This document shows positions 49,548 to 60,007 of a DNA stretch of 64,000 nt, piece by piece. Under the pieces are notes generated by a model. That model had not been told where the DNA came from. It was given only the letters and a program-made list of their open reading frames with translations, and did not search any database. Position 1 is the first letter of the stretch. Each line of letters opens with the position of its first letter. Source of the DNA: an uncultured Gemmatimonadales bacterium (GTDB lineage: Bacteria > Gemmatimonadota > Gemmatimonadetes > Gemmatimonadales > GWC2-71-9); the NCBI GenBank assembly GCA_963771275.1, contig CAVYSW010000010.1, positions 384,001 to 448,000 on the forward strand. Direction: 5' to 3'. Both the position numbers and the translations under genes were made by a program.

Positions 49548-50453
49548 ATGTACCGGCATCTCCTGGTCCCGCTCGACGGCTCCCGCCTCGCCGAATCGGT
49601 GCTGCCCCTCGCGGCGTCGCTCGCGCGCGGCTTCGGGGCGGCCGTCACGCTGCTGCACGTCATCGAGCGGGGACCGCCCGCCCACGTGCACGGCGATCGC
49701 CACCTGACCGATCGGGCCGAGGCCGAGACGTATCTCGACGACCTCGCGCGGCGGTTCTTCCCGGCGGGGGGCGCCGCGACCCACCACGTCCACGGGGAGG
49801 TCGAAGCCGACGTGCCGGGCAGCATCGTGCGCCATGCCCGCGAGCTCGGGGCCGATCTCATCGTGATGTGCACGCACGGCCGCGGGCGGCTGCGCCACCA
49901 GCTGTTCGGGGGGATCGCTCAGCGGGTGCTGGCGGGCGGCACGGTGCCGGTCCTGCTCGTGCCGCCGGTGGAGGGGCCGGCGTGGGAGTTCTCCTGCCGC
50001 CGTGTGCTCGTGCCGCTGGATGGGCGCCCGGAGCACGCGCAGGGCCTGCCGGTCGGCATCGCCTTTGCCCGCGCCTGCGCCGCCGCCGTCCATGTGCTGT
50101 GGGTGGTACCGACCTTCGGCCGCCTCTCGGGGGAGCAGGCGGCAGCGGGCCACTTGCTGCCGGGGACCGTTTCGGCGCTCCTGGAAATCGAGCAGGAGGA
50201 AGCCGAGCGCCAGGTGCGGCAGCAGCTTGCCACTCTCGCGGCGAACGACGTGCCCACCGTCGTCGAGGTGGAGCGGGGTGACCCGTCCGGGGCGATCATG
50301 GCAACCGCCACCCGGATCGGGGCGGACCTCATCGTGATCGGGACGCACGGTCGGGCGGGGATGGACGCGTTTTGGGCCGGCTCCGTGGCCCCGCATATCG
50401 CGCTCCGTGCCGCGTGGCCGCTCCTGCTGGTGCCGCTCGAGGTCGCGCCGTGA
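49548..50453 (+). CDS. Tandem universal stress protein
   Basis: MYRHLLVPLDGSRLAE and ADLIVMCTHGRG. The second domain has RVLVPLDG...DLIVIGTHGRAG...GSVA. Confidence 0.93.
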   Translation: MYRHLLVPLDGSRLAESVLPLAASLARGFGAAVTLLHVIERGPPAHVHGDRHLTDRAEAETYLDDLARRFFPAGGAATHHVHGEVEADVPGSIVRHARELGADLIVMCTHGRGRLRHQLFGGIAQRVLAGGTVPVLLVPPVEGPAWEFSCRRVLVPLDGRPEHAQGLPVGIAFARACAAAVHVLWVVPTFGRLSGEQAAAGHLLPGTVSALLEIEQEEAERQVRQQLATLAANDVPTVVEVERGDPSGAIMATATRIGADLIVIGTHGRAGMDAFWAGSVAPHIALRAAWPLLLVPLEVAP

Positions 50454-50509
50454 CGGTGCCGGCGCGGTCCGCCTTCTCAGCGGGTCGTGCGGGCGCCTAG
50501 ATTCCACCC

Positions 50510-50989
50510 ATGGCCAACCGCGTCGGTTTCGGCTACGACTCCCATACGTTCGGCGCCAACCGGCCGCTCAAGCTGGCTGGGGTCGAGATCCCGCACACGA
50601 CGGGCCTCAAGGGACATTCGGACGGCGACGCCGTGACCCACGCCGTCACCGATGCGCTGCTCGGCGCAGCGGCACTCGGCGACATCGGCCGGCTGTTCCC
50701 GGACAGCGACCCCCGTTGGAAGGATGCGGACTCGCTGCAGTTCCTCGTGGACGTCCGCGATCGCGTGGCCCGGGCGGGCTTCCGGATCGTGAACGTCGAC
50801 GCCACCGTGGTGACGCAGCACCCGCGTCTCGCGCCCCATGCCGCGGCCATGTGCGAGCGGCTGGCGGCGGTGCTGCAGATTCCGGTCGGGGCGGTCTCGG
50901 TCAAGGCCAAGACTAACGAGGGCATGGACGCCGTGGGCCGGGGAGAAGGACTGCTCGTGTTCGCCGTCGCATCGCTCGCCGGGACCTAG
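50510..50989 (+). CDS. ispF: 2-C-methyl-D-erythritol 2,4-cyclodiphosphate synthase
   Basis: GFGYDSH, GHSDGDAVTHA, GDIGRLFPD, VKAKTNEG. Confidence 0.96.
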   Translation: MANRVGFGYDSHTFGANRPLKLAGVEIPHTTGLKGHSDGDAVTHAVTDALLGAAALGDIGRLFPDSDPRWKDADSLQFLVDVRDRVARAGFRIVNVDATVVTQHPRLAPHAAAMCERLAAVLQIPVGAVSVKAKTNEGMDAVGRGEGLLVFAVASLAGT

Positions 50990-50992
50990 GCT

Positions 50993-51616
50993 CTGCTCGA
51001 CGACCTCATCACGACGCTGCTGGCCCTGCCGCCGGCGGCCGTCTACGCGGTGGTCGGCGCTTTGGCCGCCGTCGAAAACGTGTTCCCCCCCGTGCCGGCG
51101 GACACGGCTGTGGCGTTGGGGGCGTTCCTGTCGGCGGGGGGCGTGATTTCCGCGTGGTCGATCTTCCTGGTCACGTGGGTGGCGAACGTGAGCTCGGCAA
51201 CGGCCGTATACGTCGCGGCGCGCACCATCGGTCGCGCGTTCTTTCGCGGGCGCACCGGCGGGCGCCTGGTCCGGCCCGCCGCTCTCGCGCGCATCGAGCG
51301 TCTCTACGAGCGCCACGGCGTCTGGGCGATCTTTCTCAGCCGCTTCATACCGGGGGTCCGGGCGGTGGTGCCCCCGTTCGCCGGGGTCGCCGGGCTCGGG
51401 GCGGTCCGCGCGCTCGTACCGGTGGCGCTCGCGTCGGGCCTGTGGTACGGCGCCCTCACGTTCGTGGCGGCCCTGACGATTCGCAACGCGGGTCAGATCG
51501 GCGCCTTCATCACCGGGCTCAGTCGGGTGGTGCTCGTCGGGGCGACGGTGGCGCTCGTGGTCGCGGGCAGCGTTCTGCTGGCGCGACGGCGCGCGCGCTC
51601 GGGCGGCCGGCCGTGA
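50993..51616 (+). CDS. DedA family membrane protein
   Basis: ENVFPPVPAD, IFLSRFIPGVRAVVPPFAG. The open frame extends upstream of GTG 51050 to CTG 50993 (LLDDLITTLLALPPAAVY), so the start is uncertain. Confidence 0.88.
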   Translation: MLDDLITTLLALPPAAVYAVVGALAAVENVFPPVPADTAVALGAFLSAGGVISAWSIFLVTWVANVSSATAVYVAARTIGRAFFRGRTGGRLVRPAALARIERLYERHGVWAIFLSRFIPGVRAVVPPFAGVAGLGAVRALVPVALASGLWYGALTFVAALTIRNAGQIGAFITGLSRVVLVGATVALVVAGSVLLARRRARSGGRP

Positions 51617-52521
51617 ACGACGAGGAGCTGCAGCGGGCCTTCTGGCTTGAGGGGTTCACCGACTACCTGGCGCTCGAAGTGGGGTCCAGCCCACACACCG
51701 TCGAGGCGTATCTGCGGGACGTGCGGCGCCTCGCCGAGTACGCCGTTGCCTGCCGCGCGCCGCGTCCGGATGCCGTGACGCCCCGTCTCGTTCGCGACTT
51801 CGTGTACCACCTGAAGGACCTCGGGCTCGCGCCGTCAAGCATCCGCCGCGAGATCTCGGCGACCCGCACGTACTATCGTTTCCTCGTGGACGAAGGGCAC
51901 GTGGCGGTCGATCCCAGCGAGAAGCTGGAAACGCCGAAGGGCTGGCGCACGCTGCCGGAGGTGCTCACGGTGCCCGAGATGGAGGCGCTGCTCGGAGCCC
52001 CGAGTCCCGACGAGCCGCTCGCCTGGCGCGACCGGGCGCTGCTCGAGCTCGGCTACGGGACCGGCGCGCGCGTCTCGGAGCTGTGCGGCCTGGCCGTCCA
52101 CGATGTGGCGTTCGACGAGGCGCTGGTCCGGCTGTTCGGCAAGGGCGCCAAGGAACGACTCGTGCCGATCGGCCGACGCGCCCTGGGGGCCGTCGCGGTC
52201 TACCTGCGCGAGATCCGGCCGGGACTGGACGGCGGTCACGGACGCGGCATCCTCCTGCTCAACGCGCGCGGCCGGCCCCTGACGCGGGTCGGCGTTTGGG
52301 GCATCATCAAGAAGGCCACCACGCGCGCGGGGATCACCAAGCGGGTCACCCCGCATACCCTGCGACACTCGTTTGCCACGCACCTGCTCGAAGGCGGGGC
52401 CGATCTCCGCGCCGTCCAGGAGATGCTGGGACACGCCGACCTGTCCACCACGCAGATCTACACGCACGTGGATCGCGAGTACCTCCGGTCGGTGCACAAG
52501 GCCTTCCACCCGAGAGCGTAG
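51613..52521 (+). CDS. xerD: Site-specific tyrosine recombinase XerD
   Basis: HTVEAYLRD, RDRALLELGYGTGARVSE, GKGAKERLVP, HTLRHSFATHLLEGGADLRAVQEMLGHADLSTTQIYTH, FHPRA. Confidence 0.93.
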   Translation: MNDEELQRAFWLEGFTDYLALEVGSSPHTVEAYLRDVRRLAEYAVACRAPRPDAVTPRLVRDFVYHLKDLGLAPSSIRREISATRTYYRFLVDEGHVAVDPSEKLETPKGWRTLPEVLTVPEMEALLGAPSPDEPLAWRDRALLELGYGTGARVSELCGLAVHDVAFDEALVRLFGKGAKERLVPIGRRALGAVAVYLREIRPGLDGGHGRGILLLNARGRPLTRVGVWGIIKKATTRAGITKRVTPHTLRHSFATHLLEGGADLRAVQEMLGHADLSTTQIYTHVDREYLRSVHKAFHPRA

Positions 52522-52528
52522 CGCGGCC

Positions 52529-53128
52529 ATGATCTTCGTGCTCGACAACTACGATTCGTTCACGTACAACCTCGTGCAGTACCTCGGGGAGCTCGGGGCC
52601 GAGTCCGTCGTGCGGCGCAACGACGAGATCACTGTGGATGAGGTCGCCGCGCTGGCCCCGGACGCCATCGTGATCTCCCCGGGACCCGGCCGGCCCCGTG
52701 ATGCGGGCATCAGCCTGGCCCTGATCCGCCAGTTCGTCCGCCGGCGCCCACTCCTCGGAGTGTGCCTCGGCCACCAGGCCATCGGCGAGGCATTTGGCGG
52801 ACGGATCGTGCCGGCGGCTCGCCTGATGCACGGCAAGACGTCACCCATCGCCCATACGGGAGCCGGCGTGCTCGCGGGGCTGCCGGATCCGTTCGAGGCG
52901 ATGCGCTACCATTCCCTGGTCATCGAGCCCGCCTCGCTGCCCCCAGACCTCGAGGTCACGGCGTGGTCCGCCGACCGCCCCCGCGGGACGGAGATCATGG
53001 GGGTGCGGCACCGCGACGCGCCGATGTTCGGCGTGCAGTTCCACCCCGAGTCGGTCGGGACCGCCGTGGGGCTGCGAATTCTCGAGAACTTCCTCGCGAC
53101 CCTCGACGGCGCTCGGGGCACCCCGTGA
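52529..53128 (+). CDS. Anthranilate/aminodeoxychorismate synthase glutamine amidotransferase (TrpG/PabA)
   Basis: DNYDSFTYNLVQY, SPGPG, GVCLGHQ, RYHSL, QFHPES. Confidence 0.95.
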   Translation: MIFVLDNYDSFTYNLVQYLGELGAESVVRRNDEITVDEVAALAPDAIVISPGPGRPRDAGISLALIRQFVRRRPLLGVCLGHQAIGEAFGGRIVPAARLMHGKTSPIAHTGAGVLAGLPDPFEAMRYHSLVIEPASLPPDLEVTAWSADRPRGTEIMGVRHRDAPMFGVQFHPESVGTAVGLRILENFLATLDGARGTP

Positions 53129-53235
53129 CATGAGGAAAGCGGCCGAAACCGCGCGAGTCATCGCGGTTCGCGCCGTTGCGACGTTGCTTGCCCTATCGCC
53201 ATTACGATAAACGACTTACCGCATTGGCCCGGATT

Positions 53236-53264
53236 TTGACACCGGCATCAACCACTGTTAGTTT
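53236..53264 (+). promoter_or_regulatory. sigma70-type promoter for the kdsB-pyrG-kdsA-lpt-rpoN operon
   Basis: TTGACA, a 17-nt spacer ending in TGT, then TAGTTT. The GTG start is 5 nt after the -10 element. Confidence 0.65.
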
Positions 53265-53269
53265 CTGCC

Positions 53270-55626
<2,357 letters not shown>

Positions 55627-55627
55627 C

Positions 55628-56434
55628 GTGTGGACCCCGGCCCCGGTGCTCGTGGCGGGCCCGTGCGTGCTCGAGGACGACGCGGTGAATCTCCGGGTCG
55701 CGGAACGGCTCGCCACCCTGGCCGTGCGGCTCGGCCTGCGGGTGGTGTACAAGGCCAGCTATGCCAAGGCCAACCGCACGCGCGGCGCGGCATCGCGCGG
55801 ACCGGGGCTGGAGCTCGGCCTCGCGCGCCTCGCCCGCGTGCGTGAGGAGACCGGACTGCCAGTGCTCACCGACGTCCACGAGACGGGCGAGGTCGCCGCC
55901 GCGGCGCAGGTCGTGGACGCGCTCCAGATCCCGGCCTTCCTCTGCCGTCAAACGCCGCTGCTGGAAGCGGCGGGACGGACGGGCAAGCCGGTGAACGTGA
56001 AGAAGGGACAATGGATGGCGCCGGAGGAGATGACGGGCGCGGTCGAGAAGGTGCGCGCGGGCGGCGGCGGCCCCGTCGCGGTGACCGAGCGCGGCACGTT
56101 TTTCGGCTACGGCGACCTCGTGGTCGACATGCGGAACTTCGCGCGGCTGCGGGCGGCCACGGGCGCGGCCGTGCTGTTCGACGCGACCCACGCCGTCCAG
56201 CGGCCGGGCCGCGGCCCCGGCGGCGGCTCCGGCGGGAGCCGGGAGCACGTCGCGGCCCTGCTCGCGGCCGCCGCGGCCGCTGGGGCGGACGGCTTCTTCC
56301 TCGAGACCCACCCGGCCCCCGAAAACGCGCCGAGCGATGCCGCCACGATGTGGCCGCTGGGCGAGTTGGGCCCGCTGATCGAGCGGGCGCTCGCGGTGTG
56401 GCACGCGGTGCGGGAGGGGACGGTCCGTGCTTGA
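55628..56434 (+). CDS. kdsA: KDO 8-phosphate synthase
   Basis: AGPCVLE, KASYAKANRT, LQIPAFLCRQT, NVKKGQW, FDATHAVQRPG, ETHP...PSD. Confidence 0.95.
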   Translation: MWTPAPVLVAGPCVLEDDAVNLRVAERLATLAVRLGLRVVYKASYAKANRTRGAASRGPGLELGLARLARVREETGLPVLTDVHETGEVAAAAQVVDALQIPAFLCRQTPLLEAAGRTGKPVNVKKGQWMAPEEMTGAVEKVRAGGGGPVAVTERGTFFGYGDLVVDMRNFARLRAATGAAVLFDATHAVQRPGRGPGGGSGGSREHVAALLAAAAAAGADGFFLETHPAPENAPSDAATMWPLGELGPLIERALAVWHAVREGTVRA

Positions 56435-57005
56435 CGGGCTGACGGCGCGCCGCATCCGGCTGATCGGCCTGGACGTCGACGGGGTCCTCACCGACAACGG
56501 CGTGTACGTCGGGATGGTGCACAATCAGCCCACGGAGCTGAAGCGGTTCGACATCCAGGACGGCATCGGCATCGCCCTGCTCAAGCTCGCGGGCCTCATG
56601 GTCGTGATCGTGAGCGGGCGGACCTCTGAGGCCAGCGTGATCCGGGCCGAGGAGCTGGGTGTGGAAGCGTTCGCGCAGGACGACCGCGCCCACAAGCTCC
56701 CCGCCTTCGCGGCCATGCTCGACCGGTTCTCCGTGGGCTGGGACGAGGCGGCGTTCGTGGGCGACGACCTGCCGGATGTGCCGTTGCTGACCCGGGTGGG
56801 GCTCCCGGTGGGCGTCGCGAATGCCACCGCCGACGTCAAGGCGGTGGCGCGATACGTCACGGCGGCCCAGGGTGGTCATGGAGCGGTGCGCGAGTTTGCC
56901 GAGACGTTCCTCCGGGCGCGCGCGCAGTGGGAACCCACGGTGCAGGCCTACCTCGCCGAGCGTGGCGACGGCGCCTGGAAGCCGACCGATGCACCGGCGC
57001 AGTGA
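56427..57005 (+). CDS. kdsC: KDO 8-phosphate phosphatase (HAD)
   Basis: LDVDGVLTD, FDIQDGIG, SGR, VGDDLPD, GGHGAVREF. Confidence 0.93.
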   Translation: MLDGLTARRIRLIGLDVDGVLTDNGVYVGMVHNQPTELKRFDIQDGIGIALLKLAGLMVVIVSGRTSEASVIRAEELGVEAFAQDDRAHKLPAFAAMLDRFSVGWDEAAFVGDDLPDVPLLTRVGLPVGVANATADVKAVARYVTAAQGGHGAVREFAETFLRARAQWEPTVQAYLAERGDGAWKPTDAPAQ

Positions 57006-57540
57006 CGTCGTGGTGGGGGCGCTCGCGGCGCTCGTTTGGCTCGCGGCGGCCTGCTCCCGCGCCGAGCAGCCGCCGACCACGGTCACCGAGGCCGACTCGG
57101 CGGACCAGATCGGGTACGGCGTGACGCACTATCTCACAGGGATCGACGGCATCCGCCGCATGCGGCTCCAGGCGGACTCCGCCTATGCGTACTTCAACGC
57201 GCAGCGCTATCGGCTCTTCGGGCTGCGGGTCACGTTCTACTCGCCCGACGGCAGGGAGACGTCGACGCTGACGGCGCTGGGAGGTACGTACGATTGGCGC
57301 ACGGGCGACATGGAAGCCCGCGGGGACGTCGTCGCGGTGAGCCCGGACAACCGCAAGCTCACGACGTCGGTGTTGCGCTACGATCGCCGGACGGACCAGA
57401 TCAGCGGTCCCGAGCCGTTCGTATGGATCACGCCGGAGCAGCGGGTGGAGGGCGACGCCTTCACCAGCGACCCGGACCTGCGCAACGTTCAGACGACGCG
57501 GGCACGCGGCGCCGTCGGTCGCGTGCAGGTGGATCGATGA
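56989..57540 (+). CDS. lptC: LPS export periplasmic protein LptC
   Basis: N-terminal anchor with lipobox-like LAAAC, and beta-jellyroll-type segments (MRLQADSA, DMEARGDVVAV, LTTSVLRYD). It lies between kdsC and lptB. Confidence 0.8.
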   Translation: MHRRSDVVVGALAALVWLAAACSRAEQPPTTVTEADSADQIGYGVTHYLTGIDGIRRMRLQADSAYAYFNAQRYRLFGLRVTFYSPDGRETSTLTALGGTYDWRTGDMEARGDVVAVSPDNRKLTTSVLRYDRRTDQISGPEPFVWITPEQRVEGDAFTSDPDLRNVQTTRARGAVGRVQVDR

Positions 57541-58832
57541 AGGCCCGCCCGGGACGGTGCGCAGCGGCCGCGCGCGTTGCCCTGGTGGCGGCCGGCTTCA
57601 GCGCGGGCCTTGCGCGGGTCGGTGCCACCCAGACGGCCCGGACCTGCTTCGTCGAGGTGGACAGCACGGGCGGCGTGGGACGCCAGGTGGACGTCGGTGG
57701 AGGGTTCGTCCGCTGGTTTCAGGGCGGCGGCTTCTGGGCGCATTGCCGCGGCCAGGACACGTTCTGGTATTCCGACAGCGTGGCGTGGTATCAGGACTTC
57801 GACCGGTTCGACATGATCGGCCGGGTGGACTTTCGGGACTCGACGGCGCAGCTCCAGTCGGATCGGGCGAGCTACTACCTCCGGGACGAGCGGCTGGAGG
57901 CGATGGGAGACGCGCGCCTCCGCAATCGGATCACCGGCTCGCTGCTGCGAGGCCCGCAGATCACCTACCTGCGACGCGTGCCGGGGCTGCGGGACGTGAC
58001 CGATCTCACGGCCTGCTCGCGACCGACGGTCGAGTATCGCTCGGAGCGGGACTCCGCGGGCACGGAGCCCTACCGGATTGTCGGGGATTGCGTGGCGCTG
58101 CATGGCGACAACTCGGCGACCGCCCGCGGCCGGGTGACCATCGACCGGACGACCTTCCACGGGGTGGCCGACAGCGCGACGCTGGATACCCAGGCCGAAA
58201 CCGGCCGGTTGATGAGTCACGCCCGGGTGGCGGGCGGCGACTCCGCGGGCTACGCGCTCACCGGCCACGACATCCGGTATCGCCTCTCCGCGCGACAGCT
58301 CACCTGGGTCCAGGCGGAAGGGAACGGCGCGGCGACCAGCGCCGAGTGGCGGGTGCGTGCCGATACGCTGCAGTTCGACGTTCGGGACGATCGCATCCAG
58401 GCCGGGGTCGCGTGGGGCGACTCCACGCGGCCGAGCGCGACGTCGGTCACGAACACGATCACCGCGGACTCGCTCGTGATCGATGCGCCGGGACAGACAC
58501 TGCGGGAAGTTCGCGGCATCGGCGACGCCCGCGCGGCCTCACGCACCGACTCGCTCGATGCCGGCGAAGACTGGGTGGCCGGCGACACGGTGACGGCCCG
58601 CTTTGGCGAAACAGCGGCCGGCAAGCGCGCGCTCGTCGAGATCGTGGCGGTGGGCGCGGCGCGGGCGCACTATCGGGTGTACCCGGCCACCGACCCGCTC
58701 GGGCCGCCGGACATCTCGTATTCGCGCGGGACGCGCATCGTCGCGCGGTTCGTCGAGGAGAAGCTGGCGCGCGTGGATGTCGCCGGGAAGACGGACGGCG
58801 TGTACCTCGAATCCCGCCGGAGACGCCCGTGA
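57537..58832 (+). CDS. Long LptA/OstA-like periplasmic beta-jellyroll protein
   Basis: Signal peptide and repeated xADS-type strands (YSDSVAWY, QSDRASYY, VADSATLD, RADTLQF, TADSLVID, AGDTVTARF). It occupies the lptA position and is 431 aa. Confidence 0.75.
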   Translation: MKARPGRCAAAARVALVAAGFSAGLARVGATQTARTCFVEVDSTGGVGRQVDVGGGFVRWFQGGGFWAHCRGQDTFWYSDSVAWYQDFDRFDMIGRVDFRDSTAQLQSDRASYYLRDERLEAMGDARLRNRITGSLLRGPQITYLRRVPGLRDVTDLTACSRPTVEYRSERDSAGTEPYRIVGDCVALHGDNSATARGRVTIDRTTFHGVADSATLDTQAETGRLMSHARVAGGDSAGYALTGHDIRYRLSARQLTWVQAEGNGAATSAEWRVRADTLQFDVRDDRIQAGVAWGDSTRPSATSVTNTITADSLVIDAPGQTLREVRGIGDARAASRTDSLDAGEDWVAGDTVTARFGETAAGKRALVEIVAVGAARAHYRVYPATDPLGPPDISYSRGTRIVARFVEEKLARVDVAGKTDGVYLESRRRRP

Positions 58833-60007
58833 CCGACGTGATCGGCCTCCTCGGGCAAGATCGGAACCCGTCGCTGCCGCTCGCGATCGCCGCATTCCTC
58901 CGGGTGGCCGGGGCGGACGGCTCCGCCGCGTTCGACGCGCTCGCCGTGGCGTACCGCGAAGACCATCTGACGCAGGTCGGGAGTCTGGGCCACGGCGGCC
59001 AGGCGCGCGCCGGGACGATCTCGATGGACGAGGTGCGCCGCTTCCTCACGTCGTCGGTGCTGCCCCGGCTCGCCACCGACGGGCTGCTGCAGCTGCCCCC
59101 CCAGCCGCTCGAGGACGACACCCCGATCCGCATGACCCCCGCCTACTGGCAGGCGATGCTCGTGGACCGGGAGGCCATGCGCGCGCAGCTGATCGCGCTG
59201 GCCGCCGAGCGTCTCAGCGCGGCGGAGTCGGCGGGCGCCGCGCCGGCCCCGACGGGCTCCACGCTCGCAGGCCGGGGTCTCACCAAGGTCTACCGGCGCC
59301 GACCCGTCGTGGACGAGGTCGACGTCGCCCTCCGGCAGGGCGAGATCGTCGGCCTGCTCGGGCCGAACGGGGCGGGGAAGACCACGATCTTCTACATGAT
59401 CGTGGGCCTCATCCGCCCCGACGCCGGCCGCATCTACGTGGATGACGCCGACATCTCGACCCTCCCGATGTACCAGCGGGCGCGACGCGGGATCGGGTAC
59501 CTGGCGCAGGAACCGTCGGTGTTCCGGAAGCTCACCGTCGAGGAGAACGTGCTCGCGATCCTCGAGACGCTGCATCTGGCGCGCGTCGAGCGCGACGCGC
59601 GCCTCGAGACGCTGCTGGACGAGCTGTCGATCAAGCACCTGCGCGGCGAGAAGGCGTACAAGCTCTCCGGCGGCGAGCGCCGTCGGCTCGAGATCACGCG
59701 GGCGCTCGTCACCAGCCCCAAGTTCATGCTGCTCGACGAGCCGTTCGCCGGTGTCGACCCGATCGCGGTGCACGACATCCAGACCATCGTGGCGGACCTG
59801 CGGCGGCGCGGCATCGGCGTGCTGATCACCGATCACAACGTGGAGCAGACCCTCGACATCGTGGATCGGGCCTACATCATCTTCGAGGGACGCGTCCAGA
59901 TCGCGGGCACGGTGCGGGAGCTGGTGTTCGACAATCGCGTCGCCGACCTCTACCTCGGGCCGACGCTGACCGCGCGCCTGCGCACGCGCCTCGGAACCGC
60001 GGCATGA
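58829..60007 (+). CDS. lptB: LPS export ABC ATPase LptB with an N-terminal extension
   Basis: GLLGPNGAGKTTIFYMIVG, GIGYLAQEPSVFRKL, LSGGERRRLEI, LLDEPFAGVDP, LITDHNV. GTG 58829 is coupled to the upstream stop and gives 392 aa. Confidence 0.93.
   Translation: MTDVIGLLGQDRNPSLPLAIAAFLRVAGADGSAAFDALAVAYREDHLTQVGSLGHGGQARAGTISMDEVRRFLTSSVLPRLATDGLLQLPPQPLEDDTPIRMTPAYWQAMLVDREAMRAQLIALAAERLSAAESAGAAPAPTGSTLAGRGLTKVYRRRPVVDEVDVALRQGEIVGLLGPNGAGKTTIFYMIVGLIRPDAGRIYVDDADISTLPMYQRARRGIGYLAQEPSVFRKLTVEENVLAILETLHLARVERDARLETLLDELSIKHLRGEKAYKLSGGERRRLEITRALVTSPKFMLLDEPFAGVDPIAVHDIQTIVADLRRRGIGVLITDHNVEQTLDIVDRAYIIFEGRVQIAGTVRELVFDNRVADLYLGPTLTARLRTRLGTAA

Noticed and set aside
50510..51616. Pyrrolysine or amber-readthrough IspF-DedA fusion
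   Set aside because: There are no pyl genes in the window, IspF ends at its normal C-terminus, and a start-codon error or CTG start is simpler.
51613..52521. Tyrosine recombinase as a sign of a prophage or integrative element
   Set aside because: The sequence is typical housekeeping XerD, coupled to dedA and trpG/pabA. There are no att repeats, tRNA or cargo genes.
56427..57540. Absence of kdsD from the kds/lpt cluster as evidence of a pathway gap
   Set aside because: It may simply lie elsewhere in the genome and cannot be judged from one window.
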